Source: Escherichia phage FL23
Sequence record: PP400787
Strand: one strand, 5' to 3'
Length of the DNA stretch: 64,000 nt
Shown here: piece by piece, positions 29,088 to 39,019 of the stretch
How positions within the stretch are numbered: position 1 is the first letter of the stretch
How the letters are laid out: every line of letters begins with the position of its first letter
Translations under genes and position numbers: made by a program
Notes under the pieces: model-generated
Seen by the model: the letters and a program-made list of their open reading frames with translations, nothing else
Database searches by the model: none
Told to the model about the DNA's origin: nothing

Positions 29088-31784
29088 ATGAAAGAATTTT
29101 ATATCTCTATCGAAACAGTCGGAAATAACATTGTTGAACGTTATATTGATGAAAACGGAAAGGAACGTACTCGTGAAGTAGAATATCTTCCGACTATGTT
29201 TAGGCATTGTAAGGAAGAGTCAAAGTACAAAGACATCTATGGTAAAAATTGCGCTCCTCAAAAATTTCCATCAATGAAAGATGCTCGAGATTGGATGAAG
29301 CGAATGGAAGACATCGGTCTCGAAGCTCTCGGTATGAACGATTTTAAACTCGCTTATATCAGTGATACATATGGTTCAGAAATTGTTTATGACCGAAAAT
29401 TTGTTCGTGTAGCTAACTGTGACATTGAGGTTACTGGTGATAAATTTCCTGACCCAATGAAAGCTGAATATGAAATTGATGCTATCACTCATTATGATTC
29501 AATTGACGATCGTTTTTATGTTTTCGACCTTTTGAATTCAATGTATGGTTCAGTATCAAAATGGGATGCAAAGTTAGCTGCTAAGCTTGACTGTGAAGGT
29601 GGTGATGAAGTTCCTCAAGAAATTCTTGACCGAGTAATTTATATGCCATTCGATAATGAGCGTGATATGCTCATGGAATATATCAATCTTTGGGAACAGA
29701 AACGACCTGCTATTTTTACTGGTTGGAATATTGAGGGATTTGACGTTCCGTATATCATGAATCGCGTTAAAATGGTTCTCGGTGAACGTAGTATGAAACG
29801 CTTCTCTCCAATCGGTCGGGTAAAATCTAAACTAATTCAAAATATGTACGGTAGCAAAGAAATTTATTCTATTGATGGCGTATCTATTCTTGATTATTTA
29901 GATTTGTACAAGAAGTTCGCATTTACTAATTTGCCGTCATTCTCTTTGGAATCAGTTGCTCAACATGAAACCAAAAAAGGTAAATTACCATACGACGGTC
30001 CTATTAATAAACTCCGTGAGACTAATCATCAACGATACATTAGTTATAACATCATTGACGTAGAATCAGTTCAAGCAATTGATAAAATTCGCGGGTTTAT
30101 CGATCTAGTTTTAAGTATGTCTTATTACGCTAAAATGCCTTTTTCTGGTGTAATGAGTCCTATTAAAACTTGGGATGCTATTATTTTTAACTCATTGAAA
30201 GGTGAACACAAGGTTATTCCTCAACAAGGTTCGCACGTTAAACAAAGTTTTCCGGGTGCATTTGTATTTGAACCTAAACCAATTGCTCGTCGATATATTA
30301 TGAGTTTTGACTTGACGTCTCTGTATCCGAGCATTATTCGTCAGGTTAACATTAGTCCTGAGACTATTCGTGGGCAGTTTAAAGTTCATCCAATTCATGA
30401 ATATATCGCAGGAACAGCTCCTAAACCGAGTGATGAATATTCTTGTTCTCCGAATGGATGGATGTATGATAAGCATCAAGAAGGTATCATTCCAAAGGAA
30501 ATCGCTAAAGTATTTTTCCAGCGTAAAGACTGGAAAAAGAAAATGTTCGCTGAAGAAATGAATGCCGAAGCTATTAAAAAGATTATTATGAAAGGCGCAG
30601 GGTCTTGTTCAACTAAACCAGAAGTTGAACGATATGTTAAGTTCAGTGATGATTTCTTAAATGAACTATCGAATTATACTGAATCTGTTCTCAATAGTCT
30701 GATTGAGGAATGTGAAAAAGCAGCTACACTTGCTAATACAAATCAGCTGAACCGTAAAATTCTTATTAACAGTCTTTATGGTGCTCTTGGTAATATTCAT
30801 TTCCGTTACTATGATTTGCGAAATGCTACTGCTATCACAATTTTTGGCCAAGTCGGTATTCAGTGGATTGCTCGTAAAATTAATGAATATCTGAATAAAG
30901 TATGCGGAACTAATGATGAAGATTTCATTGCAGCAGGTGATACTGATTCGGTATATGTTTGCGTAGATAAAGTTATTGAAAAAGTTGGTCTTGACCGATT
31001 CAAAGAGCAGAACGATTTAGTTGAATTCATGAATCAGTTCGGTAAGAAAAAGATGGAACCTATGATTGATGTTGCATATCGTGAGTTATGTGATTATATG
31101 AATAACCGCGAGCATCTGATGCATATGGACCGTGAAGCTATTTCTTGCCCTCCACTTGGTTCAAAGGGCGTCGGCGGATTTTGGAAAGCGAAAAAGCGTT
31201 ATGCTCTGAACGTTTATGATATGGAAGATAAACGATTTGCTGAACCGCATCTAAAAATCATGGGTATGGAAACTCAGCAGAGTTCAACACCAAAGGCAGT
31301 GCAAGAAGCTCTCGAAGAAAGTATTCGTCGTATTCTTCAGGAAGGTGAAGAGTCTGTCCAAGAATATTACAAGAACTTCGAGAAAGAATATCGTCAACTT
31401 GACTATAAAGTTATTGCTGAAGTAAAAACTGCGAACGATATAGCGAAATATGATGATAAAGGTTGGCCAGGATTTAAATGTCCGTTCCATATTCGTGGTG
31501 TGCTAACTTATCGTCGAGCTGTTAGTGGTCTGGGTGTAGCTCCAATTTTGGATGGAAATAAGGTAATGGTTCTTCCATTACGTGAAGGAAATCCATTTGG
31601 TGATAAGTGCATTGCTTGGCCGTCGGGTACAGAACTTCCAAAAGAAATTCGTTCTGATGTACTGTCTTGGATTGACTACTCAACTTTGTTCCAAAAATCG
31701 TTTGTTAAACCGCTTGCAGGTATGTGTGAATCGGCTGGTATGGACTATGAAGAAAAAGCTTCGTTAGACTTCCTGTTTGGCTGA
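29088..31784 (+). CDS. 43: DNA polymerase gp43
   Basis: 898 aa; near-identical to recalled T4 gp43 (exonuclease and polymerase motifs, e.g. DTDS, SLYPS). Confidence 0.95.
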   Translation: MKEFYISIETVGNNIVERYIDENGKERTREVEYLPTMFRHCKEESKYKDIYGKNCAPQKFPSMKDARDWMKRMEDIGLEALGMNDFKLAYISDTYGSEIVYDRKFVRVANCDIEVTGDKFPDPMKAEYEIDAITHYDSIDDRFYVFDLLNSMYGSVSKWDAKLAAKLDCEGGDEVPQEILDRVIYMPFDNERDMLMEYINLWEQKRPAIFTGWNIEGFDVPYIMNRVKMVLGERSMKRFSPIGRVKSKLIQNMYGSKEIYSIDGVSILDYLDLYKKFAFTNLPSFSLESVAQHETKKGKLPYDGPINKLRETNHQRYISYNIIDVESVQAIDKIRGFIDLVLSMSYYAKMPFSGVMSPIKTWDAIIFNSLKGEHKVIPQQGSHVKQSFPGAFVFEPKPIARRYIMSFDLTSLYPSIIRQVNISPETIRGQFKVHPIHEYIAGTAPKPSDEYSCSPNGWMYDKHQEGIIPKEIAKVFFQRKDWKKKMFAEEMNAEAIKKIIMKGAGSCSTKPEVERYVKFSDDFLNELSNYTESVLNSLIEECEKAATLANTNQLNRKILINSLYGALGNIHFRYYDLRNATAITIFGQVGIQWIARKINEYLNKVCGTNDEDFIAAGDTDSVYVCVDKVIEKVGLDRFKEQNDLVEFMNQFGKKKMEPMIDVAYRELCDYMNNREHLMHMDREAISCPPLGSKGVGGFWKAKKRYALNVYDMEDKRFAEPHLKIMGMETQQSSTPKAVQEALEESIRRILQEGEESVQEYYKNFEKEYRQLDYKVIAEVKTANDIAKYDDKGWPGFKCPFHIRGVLTYRRAVSGLGVAPILDGNKVMVLPLREGNPFGDKCIAWPSGTELPKEIRSDVLSWIDYSTLFQKSFVKPLAGMCESAGMDYEEKASLDFLFG

Positions 31785-31797
31785 TAGAATAAATCTA

Positions 31798-31822
31798 GGG
31801 ACCTCCGGGTCCCTTTTTCATA
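31798..31822 (+). terminator. rho-independent terminator
   Basis: gggacc-tccg-ggtccc then TTTTT. Confidence 0.6.
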
Positions 31823-31883
31823 CAAGTAATATAAATCTATACTTATGAAAAACAGATGATTCTGGATCCTTTGAATTCATTAA

Positions 31884-31965
31884 AAATTTTTTCACAAAAC
31901 TGTTTACATCCTTGTTCTTCCATGGTACTATACAACTATCAACTGATACGGATTTGGAGAATGAA
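31884..31965 (+). repeat. early promoter plus conserved leader cassette, copy 2
   Basis: Same aaaattttttcacaaaactGTTTAC ... ggtactatacaactatcaactgatacggatttggaga block as 3304-3385. Confidence 0.6.
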
Positions 31966-32346
31966 ATGAAAATCGCTATTTTGGTTATTGCATTAGGTCT
32001 TACTGGTTGTGTATCTCAAGGACCGGTAGTAAATCAGTCTGATGTAGGAAAAATTGTAAACTGTTCAAGCAAATTTTATAATCCTAATGTCAAGTGTTAT
32101 AAAGAAGCTCCAAAACAGACAGTAGAACAAATGCAGGCGAATTTTGACGAAGCTATTCGTCCAGATGAATCTGCTCAAGCATATCGTAATTCGGATGTAA
32201 TTACACGCGAAGAAAAAATTGAAAATTACTGCGCCGTGCTTTGGGCAAATTGGGCTAATAATTACCAGTTGCGTACTGGTAAAAATGCTCCAATGGAGTA
32301 TGTAGTGAATTCTTATAATTCATGCGTAAAAAATTTAACTAAGTGA
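31966..32346 (+). CDS. predicted lipoprotein (126 aa; T4 imm.1 position)
   Basis: Signal peptide with lipobox LTGC (MKIAILVIALGLTGCVSQG). Confidence 0.6.
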   Translation: MKIAILVIALGLTGCVSQGPVVNQSDVGKIVNCSSKFYNPNVKCYKEAPKQTVEQMQANFDEAIRPDESAQAYRNSDVITREEKIENYCAVLWANWANNYQLRTGKNAPMEYVVNSYNSCVKNLTK

Positions 32347-32353
32347 GGAAAAC

Positions 32354-32605
32354 ATGGAAACTTTAGTAGCAGGTTCAATTTTTATGGTTTTAGTTTCAGG
32401 CGTGTTGGCTATTATTATATACATGCTTCCATGGTTCATCGCCTTGATGCGTGGGTCAAAATCGACAGTAGGAATCTTTTTCACGTCTTTACTGTTTAAC
32501 TGGTCAATTATTGGTTGGTTTATTACATTTATTTGGTCAATTGCGGGTGAAACTAAAAAGTCTGCACAGCCAAATCAAGTAATTATCATCAGAGAGAAGG
32601 AATGA
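32354..32605 (+). CDS. imm: immunity to superinfection membrane protein Imm
   Basis: 83 aa, two TM helices; position and length as T4 Imm. Confidence 0.75.
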   Translation: METLVAGSIFMVLVSGVLAIIIYMLPWFIALMRGSKSTVGIFFTSLLFNWSIIGWFITFIWSIAGETKKSAQPNQVIIIREKE

Positions 32606-32758
32606 AAAGCAAAATTATAGCAGTGTTGCTTTTAATCTTGATGATTATAATAAGTATATACTATAGTGTAACGGTTCCTCTTATGATTCCAACTATTATT
32701 TTAGGTTGGGGTTTATTACTGTTACAAGTTAAATATGAATGTATCAATTGAGGTTTAA

Positions 32759-33499
32759 ATGATTAGTGACTCTATGACAGTTGAAGAAATCCGTCTTCAT
32801 TTGGGGCTTGCATTAAAGGAAAAAGATTTCGTAGTTGATAAAACTGGTGTTAAAACTATTGAAATTATTGGCGCATCATTTGTAGCAGATGAACCGTTTA
32901 TTTTTGGCGCTCTTAATGATGAATACATTCAGCGTGAACTTGAATGGTATAAATCTAAGAGCTTGTTTGTTAAAGATATTCCAGGTGAAACACCAAAGAT
33001 TTGGCAGCAGGTAGCATCTTCTAAAGGCGAAATTAACTCGAATTATGGTTGGGCTATCTGGTCAGAAGATAACTATGCTCAGTATGATATGTGTTTAGCT
33101 GAACTTGGTCAAAATCCTGATTCTCGACGTGGTATCATGATTTATACTCGTCCATCCATGCAATTTGACTACAATAAAGATGGTATGTCAGATTTCATGT
33201 GTACGAATACAGTACAGTACCTGATTCGTGATAAGAAAGTCAATGCAGTAGTAAGCATGCGCTCAAATGACGTGGTCTTCGGATTCCGTAATGATTATGC
33301 ATGGCAAAAATACGTATTAGATAAATTAGTATCTGATTTGAATGCAGGCGATTCAACTCGTCAGTATAAAGCAGGTTCTATTATATGGAATGTTGGAAGT
33401 CTTCATGTATATTCTCGTCATTTTTACTTGGTTGATCATTGGTGGAATACTGGCGAAACTCATATTGTGAAAAAAGATTATAACGGTGAGTGGAAATGA
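32759..33499 (+). CDS. 42: dCMP hydroxymethylase gp42
   Basis: 246 aa; thymidylate-synthase-like fold region; T4 gp42 length and position. Confidence 0.85.
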   Translation: MISDSMTVEEIRLHLGLALKEKDFVVDKTGVKTIEIIGASFVADEPFIFGALNDEYIQRELEWYKSKSLFVKDIPGETPKIWQQVASSKGEINSNYGWAIWSEDNYAQYDMCLAELGQNPDSRRGIMIYTRPSMQFDYNKDGMSDFMCTNTVQYLIRDKKVNAVVSMRSNDVVFGFRNDYAWQKYVLDKLVSDLNAGDSTRQYKAGSIIWNVGSLHVYSRHFYLVDHWWNTGETHIVKKDYNGEWK

Positions 33500-34338
33500 T
33501 TCAATTCGTAATTCCAAGTTATCAACGTGTAGGGGCAGTTTCTGCCCTTGATATGTTTCCGACTGATTATGAACCACATATTGTAGTACGTGAACACGAA
33601 GAAGAAGCTTATTATGATGCTTATGGGTCTAGAGCTAAAATTGTAACTATTCCTGATGATGTTAATGGAATTGCCGGTACTCGTAAAGCAATTACTGATA
33701 TGTATGCAGGTCAACGAATCTGGATGATTGACGATGATACTACTATTCGTATGAGTTCAATACGAAAGAGAGACGATAAACGGCGCGTAGATAAAATTAA
33801 TCAATTAACTCGTGAACAGTTCTATGAATTAATTCAATACGTTGAGGATGCTATGGATTGCGGGTATTATCACGGTCATGCTCGTCTACCAATTTTTAAA
33901 ATTACTTCATCTTGGGGTAATTATCGTGAAAACTCATATGGATTCACGAATACATGGTATGACCTCGGAAAACTTACGACAGAACAAATTGGGTATGGAA
34001 AAATTGATTTATGTGAAGATATGTATGCATTTCTCAATTTAATTAATCAAGGTTATCCGCATTTGGCCTTGTTCAAATATCTAGTTGTATCTGGAAAATC
34101 ACACGCTCCCGGTGGGTGTAGTTCAATTCGTAGTAATTCTAAACATAATAGAGCTCTTGAGCAAATCAATAGAGAGTTTCCAGAGCAAGCTCGTTGGAAA
34201 ACATCGAATATTGAAAAACGAAAATCGTTGGGTGAAGAAGACGAGCCATTAAAGGTTCTTCGCATGTGTGTTTCGCGTAAAGAAAAATCAGAAGCATTTC
34301 ATAAGTTTAATGCTATTCATCCAATAGCAGTTGATTAA
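33496..34338 (+). CDS. GT-A-fold glycosyltransferase in the T4 beta-gt slot (candidate glucosyl-HMC glucosyltransferase of T2/T6 type)
   Basis: N-terminal VIPSYQR and MIDDD (DxD) motifs; not similar to T4 beta-glucosyltransferase; located between 42 and uvsX. Confidence 0.55.
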   Translation: MIQFVIPSYQRVGAVSALDMFPTDYEPHIVVREHEEEAYYDAYGSRAKIVTIPDDVNGIAGTRKAITDMYAGQRIWMIDDDTTIRMSSIRKRDDKRRVDKINQLTREQFYELIQYVEDAMDCGYYHGHARLPIFKITSSWGNYRENSYGFTNTWYDLGKLTTEQIGYGKIDLCEDMYAFLNLINQGYPHLALFKYLVVSGKSHAPGGCSSIRSNSKHNRALEQINREFPEQARWKTSNIEKRKSLGEEDEPLKVLRMCVSRKEKSEAFHKFNAIHPIAVD

Positions 34339-34415
34339 TGCCTAAATTTATTGTGTTATAATTACTTTATCTTTAACCAGTGAGGAAAATATAATGATGC
34401 CTATGGAAAAAATGA

Positions 34416-35597
34416 ATGTCTATTGCAGATTTAAAATCCCGTTTGATTAAAGCTTCCACTTCTAAAATGACTGCTGAACTGACTACATCTAAATTCTTTA
34501 ATGAAAAGGATGTAATCCGTACAAAAATCCCAATGCTTAATATCGCTATTTCCGGCGCGATTGATGGTGGTATGCAGTCTGGTTTAACCATTTTTGCAGG
34601 TCCTTCTAAACACTTTAAATCAAATATGTCTTTGACTATGGTTGCGGCGTATTTGAACAAATATCCTGACGCGGTTTGTCTATTTTATGATAGTGAATTT
34701 GGTATTACTCCAGCTTATTTGCGATCCATGGGAGTTGACCCTGAACGAGTAATTCATACGCCAATTCAGTCAGTTGAACAACTGAAAATTGATATGGTGA
34801 ATCAGCTTGAAGCTATTGAGCGCGGTGAAAAGGTTATTGTATTCATCGACTCAATCGGTAATATGGCTTCTAAGAAAGAAACGGAAGATGCCTTGAATGA
34901 AAAATCTGTGGCAGATATGACTCGTGCTAAATCACTGAAGTCATTATTCCGTATTGTTACTCCTTATTTTAGTATTAAAAACATTCCATGCGTTGCGGTT
35001 AACCATACAATTGAAACAATTGAAATGTTTAGTAAAACCGTGATGACAGGCGGTACAGGCGTAATGTATTCGGCTGATACTGTATTCATTATCGGTAAAC
35101 GTCAGATTAAAGATGGTTCTGATCTTCAGGGGTATCAATTTGTTCTAAATGTAGAAAAATCTCGTACCGTTAAAGAAAAAAGTAAATTCTTTATTGATGT
35201 TAAATTTGACGGTGGTATCGATCCTTATTCTGGATTGTTAGATATGGCTCTTGAATTAGGATTTGTAGTAAAACCTAAAAATGGTTGGTATGCTCGTGAA
35301 TTTCTTGACGAAGAAACTGGCGAGATGATTCGCGAAGAAAAATCTTGGCGTGCAAAAGATACCAATTGCACTACATTCTGGGGTCCTTTATTTAAGCATC
35401 AGCCATTCCGAGATGCTATTAAACGCGCTTATCAGTTAGGTGCTATTGATAGTAATGAAATTGTTGAAGCTGAAGTCGACGAATTGATTAACTCAAAGGT
35501 TGAAAAATTTAAATCTCCAGAAAGTAAAAGTAAATCAGCTGCTGATTTAGAAACTGACCTAGATCAGTTAAGTGATATGGAAGAATTTAATGAATAA
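34416..35597 (+). CDS. uvsX: RecA-like recombinase UvsX
   Basis: 393 aa; Walker A GPSKHFKS; matches recalled T4 UvsX. Confidence 0.9.
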   Translation: MSIADLKSRLIKASTSKMTAELTTSKFFNEKDVIRTKIPMLNIAISGAIDGGMQSGLTIFAGPSKHFKSNMSLTMVAAYLNKYPDAVCLFYDSEFGITPAYLRSMGVDPERVIHTPIQSVEQLKIDMVNQLEAIERGEKVIVFIDSIGNMASKKETEDALNEKSVADMTRAKSLKSLFRIVTPYFSIKNIPCVAVNHTIETIEMFSKTVMTGGTGVMYSADTVFIIGKRQIKDGSDLQGYQFVLNVEKSRTVKEKSKFFIDVKFDGGIDPYSGLLDMALELGFVVKPKNGWYAREFLDEETGEMIREEKSWRAKDTNCTTFWGPLFKHQPFRDAIKRAYQLGAIDSNEIVEAEVDELINSKVEKFKSPESKSKSAADLETDLDQLSDMEEFNE

Positions 35598-35934
35598 AGA
35601 TGATTTGGATTTAGATCTAGAAATTATCGACGAATCCCCCTCTTCGGAGGGGGAAGAAGAAAGAAAAGAACGTCTTTTTAATGAATCTCTTAAGATAATT
35701 AAATCTGCCATGGAAAATGTTATCCAGGAGATTGTCATTAAACTAGAAGACGGTTCTACACACATTGTGTATGTGACAAAATTAGATTGGGTTGATGGAA
35801 AAGTCGTAATGGACTTTGCTGTTCTTGACCAAGAAAGAAAAGCTGAGTTAGCTCCTCATGTAGAAAAATGTATTACAATGCAACTACAAGATGCATTTAA
35901 TAAAAGGTCAAAGAAAAAATTTAAATTCTTTTAA
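35590..35934 (+). CDS. 40: gp40-like protein (head vertex assembly)
   Basis: Position between uvsX and 41; start at internal ATG overlapping uvsX stop. Confidence 0.6.
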   Translation: MNKDDLDLDLEIIDESPSSEGEEERKERLFNESLKIIKSAMENVIQEIVIKLEDGSTHIVYVTKLDWVDGKVVMDFAVLDQERKAELAPHVEKCITMQLQDAFNKRSKKKFKFF

Positions 35935-35943
35935 GGAGTAAGT

Positions 35944-37371
35944 GTGGTAGAAATTATTCTTTCTCATCTCATATTTGATCAAGCTTATTTTTCAAAAGTT
36001 TGGCCATATATGGATTCAGAATATTTTGAAAGTGGTCCAGCTAAAAATACATTCAAATTAATTAAATCTCATGTTAACGAGTACCATAGCGTTCCATCTA
36101 TTAATGCGTTAAATGTTGCGTTAGAAAATAGTTCATTTACTGAAACAGAATATTCTGGTGTAAAAACACTTATTTCAAAACTGGCCGATTCTCCGGAAGA
36201 CCATAGCTGGTTAGTAAAAGAAACAGAAAAATATGTTCAGCAAAGGGCGATGTTTAACGCCACATCTAAAATAATCGAAATTCAAACTAATGCTGAGCTT
36301 CCTCCGGAAAAACGAAATAAGAAAATGCCAGATGTAGGTGCTATTCCTGATATCATGCGTCAAGCATTATCAATTTCATTTGATAGCTACGTTGGTCATG
36401 ATTGGATGGATGACTACGAAGCACGCTGGCTATCTTATATGAATAAAGCTCGTAAGATTCCATTTAAACTCAGAATTCTAAACAAAATTACTAAAGGCGG
36501 AGCTGAGACTGGAACACTGAACGTTTTAATGGCTGGCGTTAACGTTGGTAAGTCATTAGGATTGTGTTCATTGGCAGCAGATTATTTGCAGCTCGGACAT
36601 AATGTTCTTTACATTTCTATGGAAATGGCAGAAGAAGTCTGTGCTAAACGTATTGATGCTAATATGCTTGATGTTTCTCTTGATGACATTGATGACGGGC
36701 ATATTTCTTACGCTGAGTATAAAGGAAAAATGGAAAAATGGCGCGAGAAATCTACTCTCGGTCGTTTAATCGTTAAGCAATATCCTACTGGTGGAGCAGA
36801 CGCTAATACATTTCGATCGCTTTTAAACGAATTGAAGCTCAAGAAGAATTTTGTTCCAACAATCATTATTGTCGACTATCTAGGTATTTGTAAATCTTGC
36901 CGCATCAGAGTTTACTCAGAAAATAGTTACACAACTGTTAAAGCCATCGCAGAAGAATTGCGTGCTCTGGCTGTTGAAACCGAAACTGTTCTTTGGACTG
37001 CAGCACAGGTTGGTAAACAAGCTTGGGACTCTTCCGATGTTAACATGAGCGATATTGCAGAATCTGCCGGTCTTCCAGCAACAGCTGATTTTATGCTTGC
37101 GGTCATTGAAACCGAGGAGCTAGCAGCTGCTGAACAACAACTCATTAAGCAAATCAAATCACGATACGGTGATAAGAATAAGTGGAATAAGTTTTTGATG
37201 GGTGTTCAAAAAGGAAATCAAAAATGGGTAGAAATTGAACAAGATTCTACTCCAACTGAAGTGAGTGAGGTAGCAGGTTCACAACAGATACAAGCTGAGC
37301 AGAATCGCTATCAAAGAAATGAATCCACTCGAGCTCAGTTAGATGCTTTGGCAAATGAATTAAAATTTTAG
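35944..37371 (+). CDS. 41: replicative DNA helicase gp41
   Basis: 475 aa, GTG start; matches recalled T4 gp41; Walker A GVNVGKS. Confidence 0.9.
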   Translation: MVEIILSHLIFDQAYFSKVWPYMDSEYFESGPAKNTFKLIKSHVNEYHSVPSINALNVALENSSFTETEYSGVKTLISKLADSPEDHSWLVKETEKYVQQRAMFNATSKIIEIQTNAELPPEKRNKKMPDVGAIPDIMRQALSISFDSYVGHDWMDDYEARWLSYMNKARKIPFKLRILNKITKGGAETGTLNVLMAGVNVGKSLGLCSLAADYLQLGHNVLYISMEMAEEVCAKRIDANMLDVSLDDIDDGHISYAEYKGKMEKWREKSTLGRLIVKQYPTGGADANTFRSLLNELKLKKNFVPTIIIVDYLGICKSCRIRVYSENSYTTVKAIAEELRALAVETETVLWTAAQVGKQAWDSSDVNMSDIAESAGLPATADFMLAVIETEELAAAEQQLIKQIKSRYGDKNKWNKFLMGVQKGNQKWVEIEQDSTPTEVSEVAGSQQIQAEQNRYQRNESTRAQLDALANELKF

Positions 37372-37407
37372 TTTACAAGCTGACAAGACTATAGTATAGT
37401 AGTCTTG
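37371..37407 (+). promoter_or_regulatory. T4-type early promoter with dyad caagact/agtcttg flanking the -10
   Basis: GTTTAC-18nt-TATAGT upstream of dmd. Confidence 0.5.
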
Positions 37408-37429
37408 TTGGTTAAATGAGGAGATTGTT

Positions 37430-37612
37430 ATGGAATTAGTAAAGGTAGTATTTATGGGGTGGTTTAAGAATGAAAGCATGTTTACTAAAGAAACCACAAT
37501 GATGAAAGATGATGTTCAATGGGCTACTACTCAATATGCTGAAGTTAATAAAGCACTAGTTAAAGCTTTCATTGATGACAAGAAAGTATGTGAAGTGGAT
37601 TGCCGAGGATAA
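37430..37612 (+). CDS. dmd: Dmd, inhibitor of RnlA/LsoA toxins
   Basis: 60 aa; MELVKVVFMGWFKNESMFTKE matches recalled T4 Dmd. Confidence 0.8.
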   Translation: MELVKVVFMGWFKNESMFTKETTMMKDDVQWATTQYAEVNKALVKAFIDDKKVCEVDCRG

Positions 37613-37613
37613 T

Positions 37614-37871
37614 ATGCATATTGTTTTATTTAAACCTACTCCGTATAACGTCAGGAAAAATACGCAATTCAAAGCACTTATTGCAGATACGTGGGAATTG
37701 GTGTTAGATATTCCAGCAGAAGAAAGTCCTCCATTTGGTCGAGTGGAATTTATTAAGTTTGCTGTACGTCCTACGAAGAGGCAGATTCGTCAGTGTAAAA
37801 GGTATTTTCGTAAGATCGTCAAGTTAGAGAAACAGTTTGTAACATGTGATTATGCAAAAGTTTTAAAATAA
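37614..37871 (+). CDS. hypothetical protein (85 aa; T4 61.4 position)
   Basis: Internal ATG of track ORF 37572-37871 immediately after dmd stop. Confidence 0.45.
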   Translation: MHIVLFKPTPYNVRKNTQFKALIADTWELVLDIPAEESPPFGRVEFIKFAVRPTKRQIRQCKRYFRKIVKLEKQFVTCDYAKVLK

Positions 37872-37931
37872 CTGTTTACTTTTATTGGAAATTGAGATAC
37901 TATATAAACATAAACTACTGAGGAGATTATC

Positions 37932-38225
37932 ATGAAAAAATTTATCTTTGCTACAGTTTTTGCTTTAGCTTCTTGTGCTGCTCAGCCTGCTATGGCAGGT
38001 TATGATAAAGATTTGTGCGAATGGTCTATGACTGCGGATCAGACTGAGGTTGAAACTCAAATTGAAGCAGATATTATGAATATCGTTGAGCGCGATCGTC
38101 CTGAAATGAAAGCTGAAGTGCAAAAACAACTTAAGTCTGGTGGTGTAATGCAGTATAATTATGTTCTGTATTGCGATAAAAACTTCAATAATAAAAATAT
38201 CATCGCTGAAGTAGTAGGTGAATAA
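37932..38225 (+). CDS. sp: periplasmic Spackle (superinfection exclusion / lysozyme control)
   Basis: 97 aa with cleavable signal peptide MKKFIFATVFALASCAAQPAMA; T4 sp position. Confidence 0.75.
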   Translation: MKKFIFATVFALASCAAQPAMAGYDKDLCEWSMTADQTEVETQIEADIMNIVERDRPEMKAEVQKQLKSGGVMQYNYVLYCDKNFNNKNIIAEVVGE

Positions 38226-38851
38226 TGCTTTATCAAATGCACAAGTGTAAAGACACGTACAAATATAAAGGTGCCCAGTGTTATATCATTAATCGTGAAA
38301 ACGCAGGTCCAGGTCATTCGCATCAATCACGGTTTGTATTCGTTAAAAATAATGAAATTATAGCAGTTGCCAATTATATGCTTGTGACCAATGATGTTAA
38401 TCCGGTGCCTTTCACATATGACAATCTAATGGACTTGGCATATGATTATAATTGGTTTAATCATGACAATTTAGTTCATATTGAAGGTGTAGGATTTGAC
38501 ATCTCTTATTCTAGTTATTCGTTGTGCCCTATGAGCCGAGCTCATAAAGAGCCTGAATATTTTTCATTTCGTCGGCGTGTAGACTTTAAACGCAGCACAG
38601 AGTATGTCGGTGGAATCTTTGTTAAAGATAATCGAATTACTCGCATTATTTATCCTTTGGGCTGTGGTCAAAAAGATATTGATGTTGATTTAGACTTTAC
38701 TGAAAACATCATTAATCATATTGCTTCTGTGTATTTTGATATTGATCACAAAATTGTAATATGTGGATATGAATTACCATCAGAAAAACAGTCTAAAGTA
38801 AATGTTTCTATTGATGACCAAATTTTTAATGCTTTTATGAATAGAGGTTAA
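38225..38851 (+). CDS. 61.2-like protein (position of T4 anti-DarT factor AdfA)
   Basis: 208 aa, position between sp and 61; assignment by synteny and size only. Confidence 0.5.
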   Translation: MLYQMHKCKDTYKYKGAQCYIINRENAGPGHSHQSRFVFVKNNEIIAVANYMLVTNDVNPVPFTYDNLMDLAYDYNWFNHDNLVHIEGVGFDISYSSYSLCPMSRAHKEPEYFSFRRRVDFKRSTEYVGGIFVKDNRITRIIYPLGCGQKDIDVDLDFTENIINHIASVYFDIDHKIVICGYELPSEKQSKVNVSIDDQIFNAFMNRG

Positions 38852-39019
38852 TATGAAAACATATAAAGAATTTATCAAAGAAGATATGGTCGCTGGAGAT
38901 TCAGGTGGTAATCCTGAAAATATCTCTACCGGAACAACGTCAGGCGCTGTAGTAAATAAAGGTCCTGAACAGATTCCTAAAAAGAAAAAAGAGGAATCTA
39001 AAGAAAAAGAAGAGTAAAA

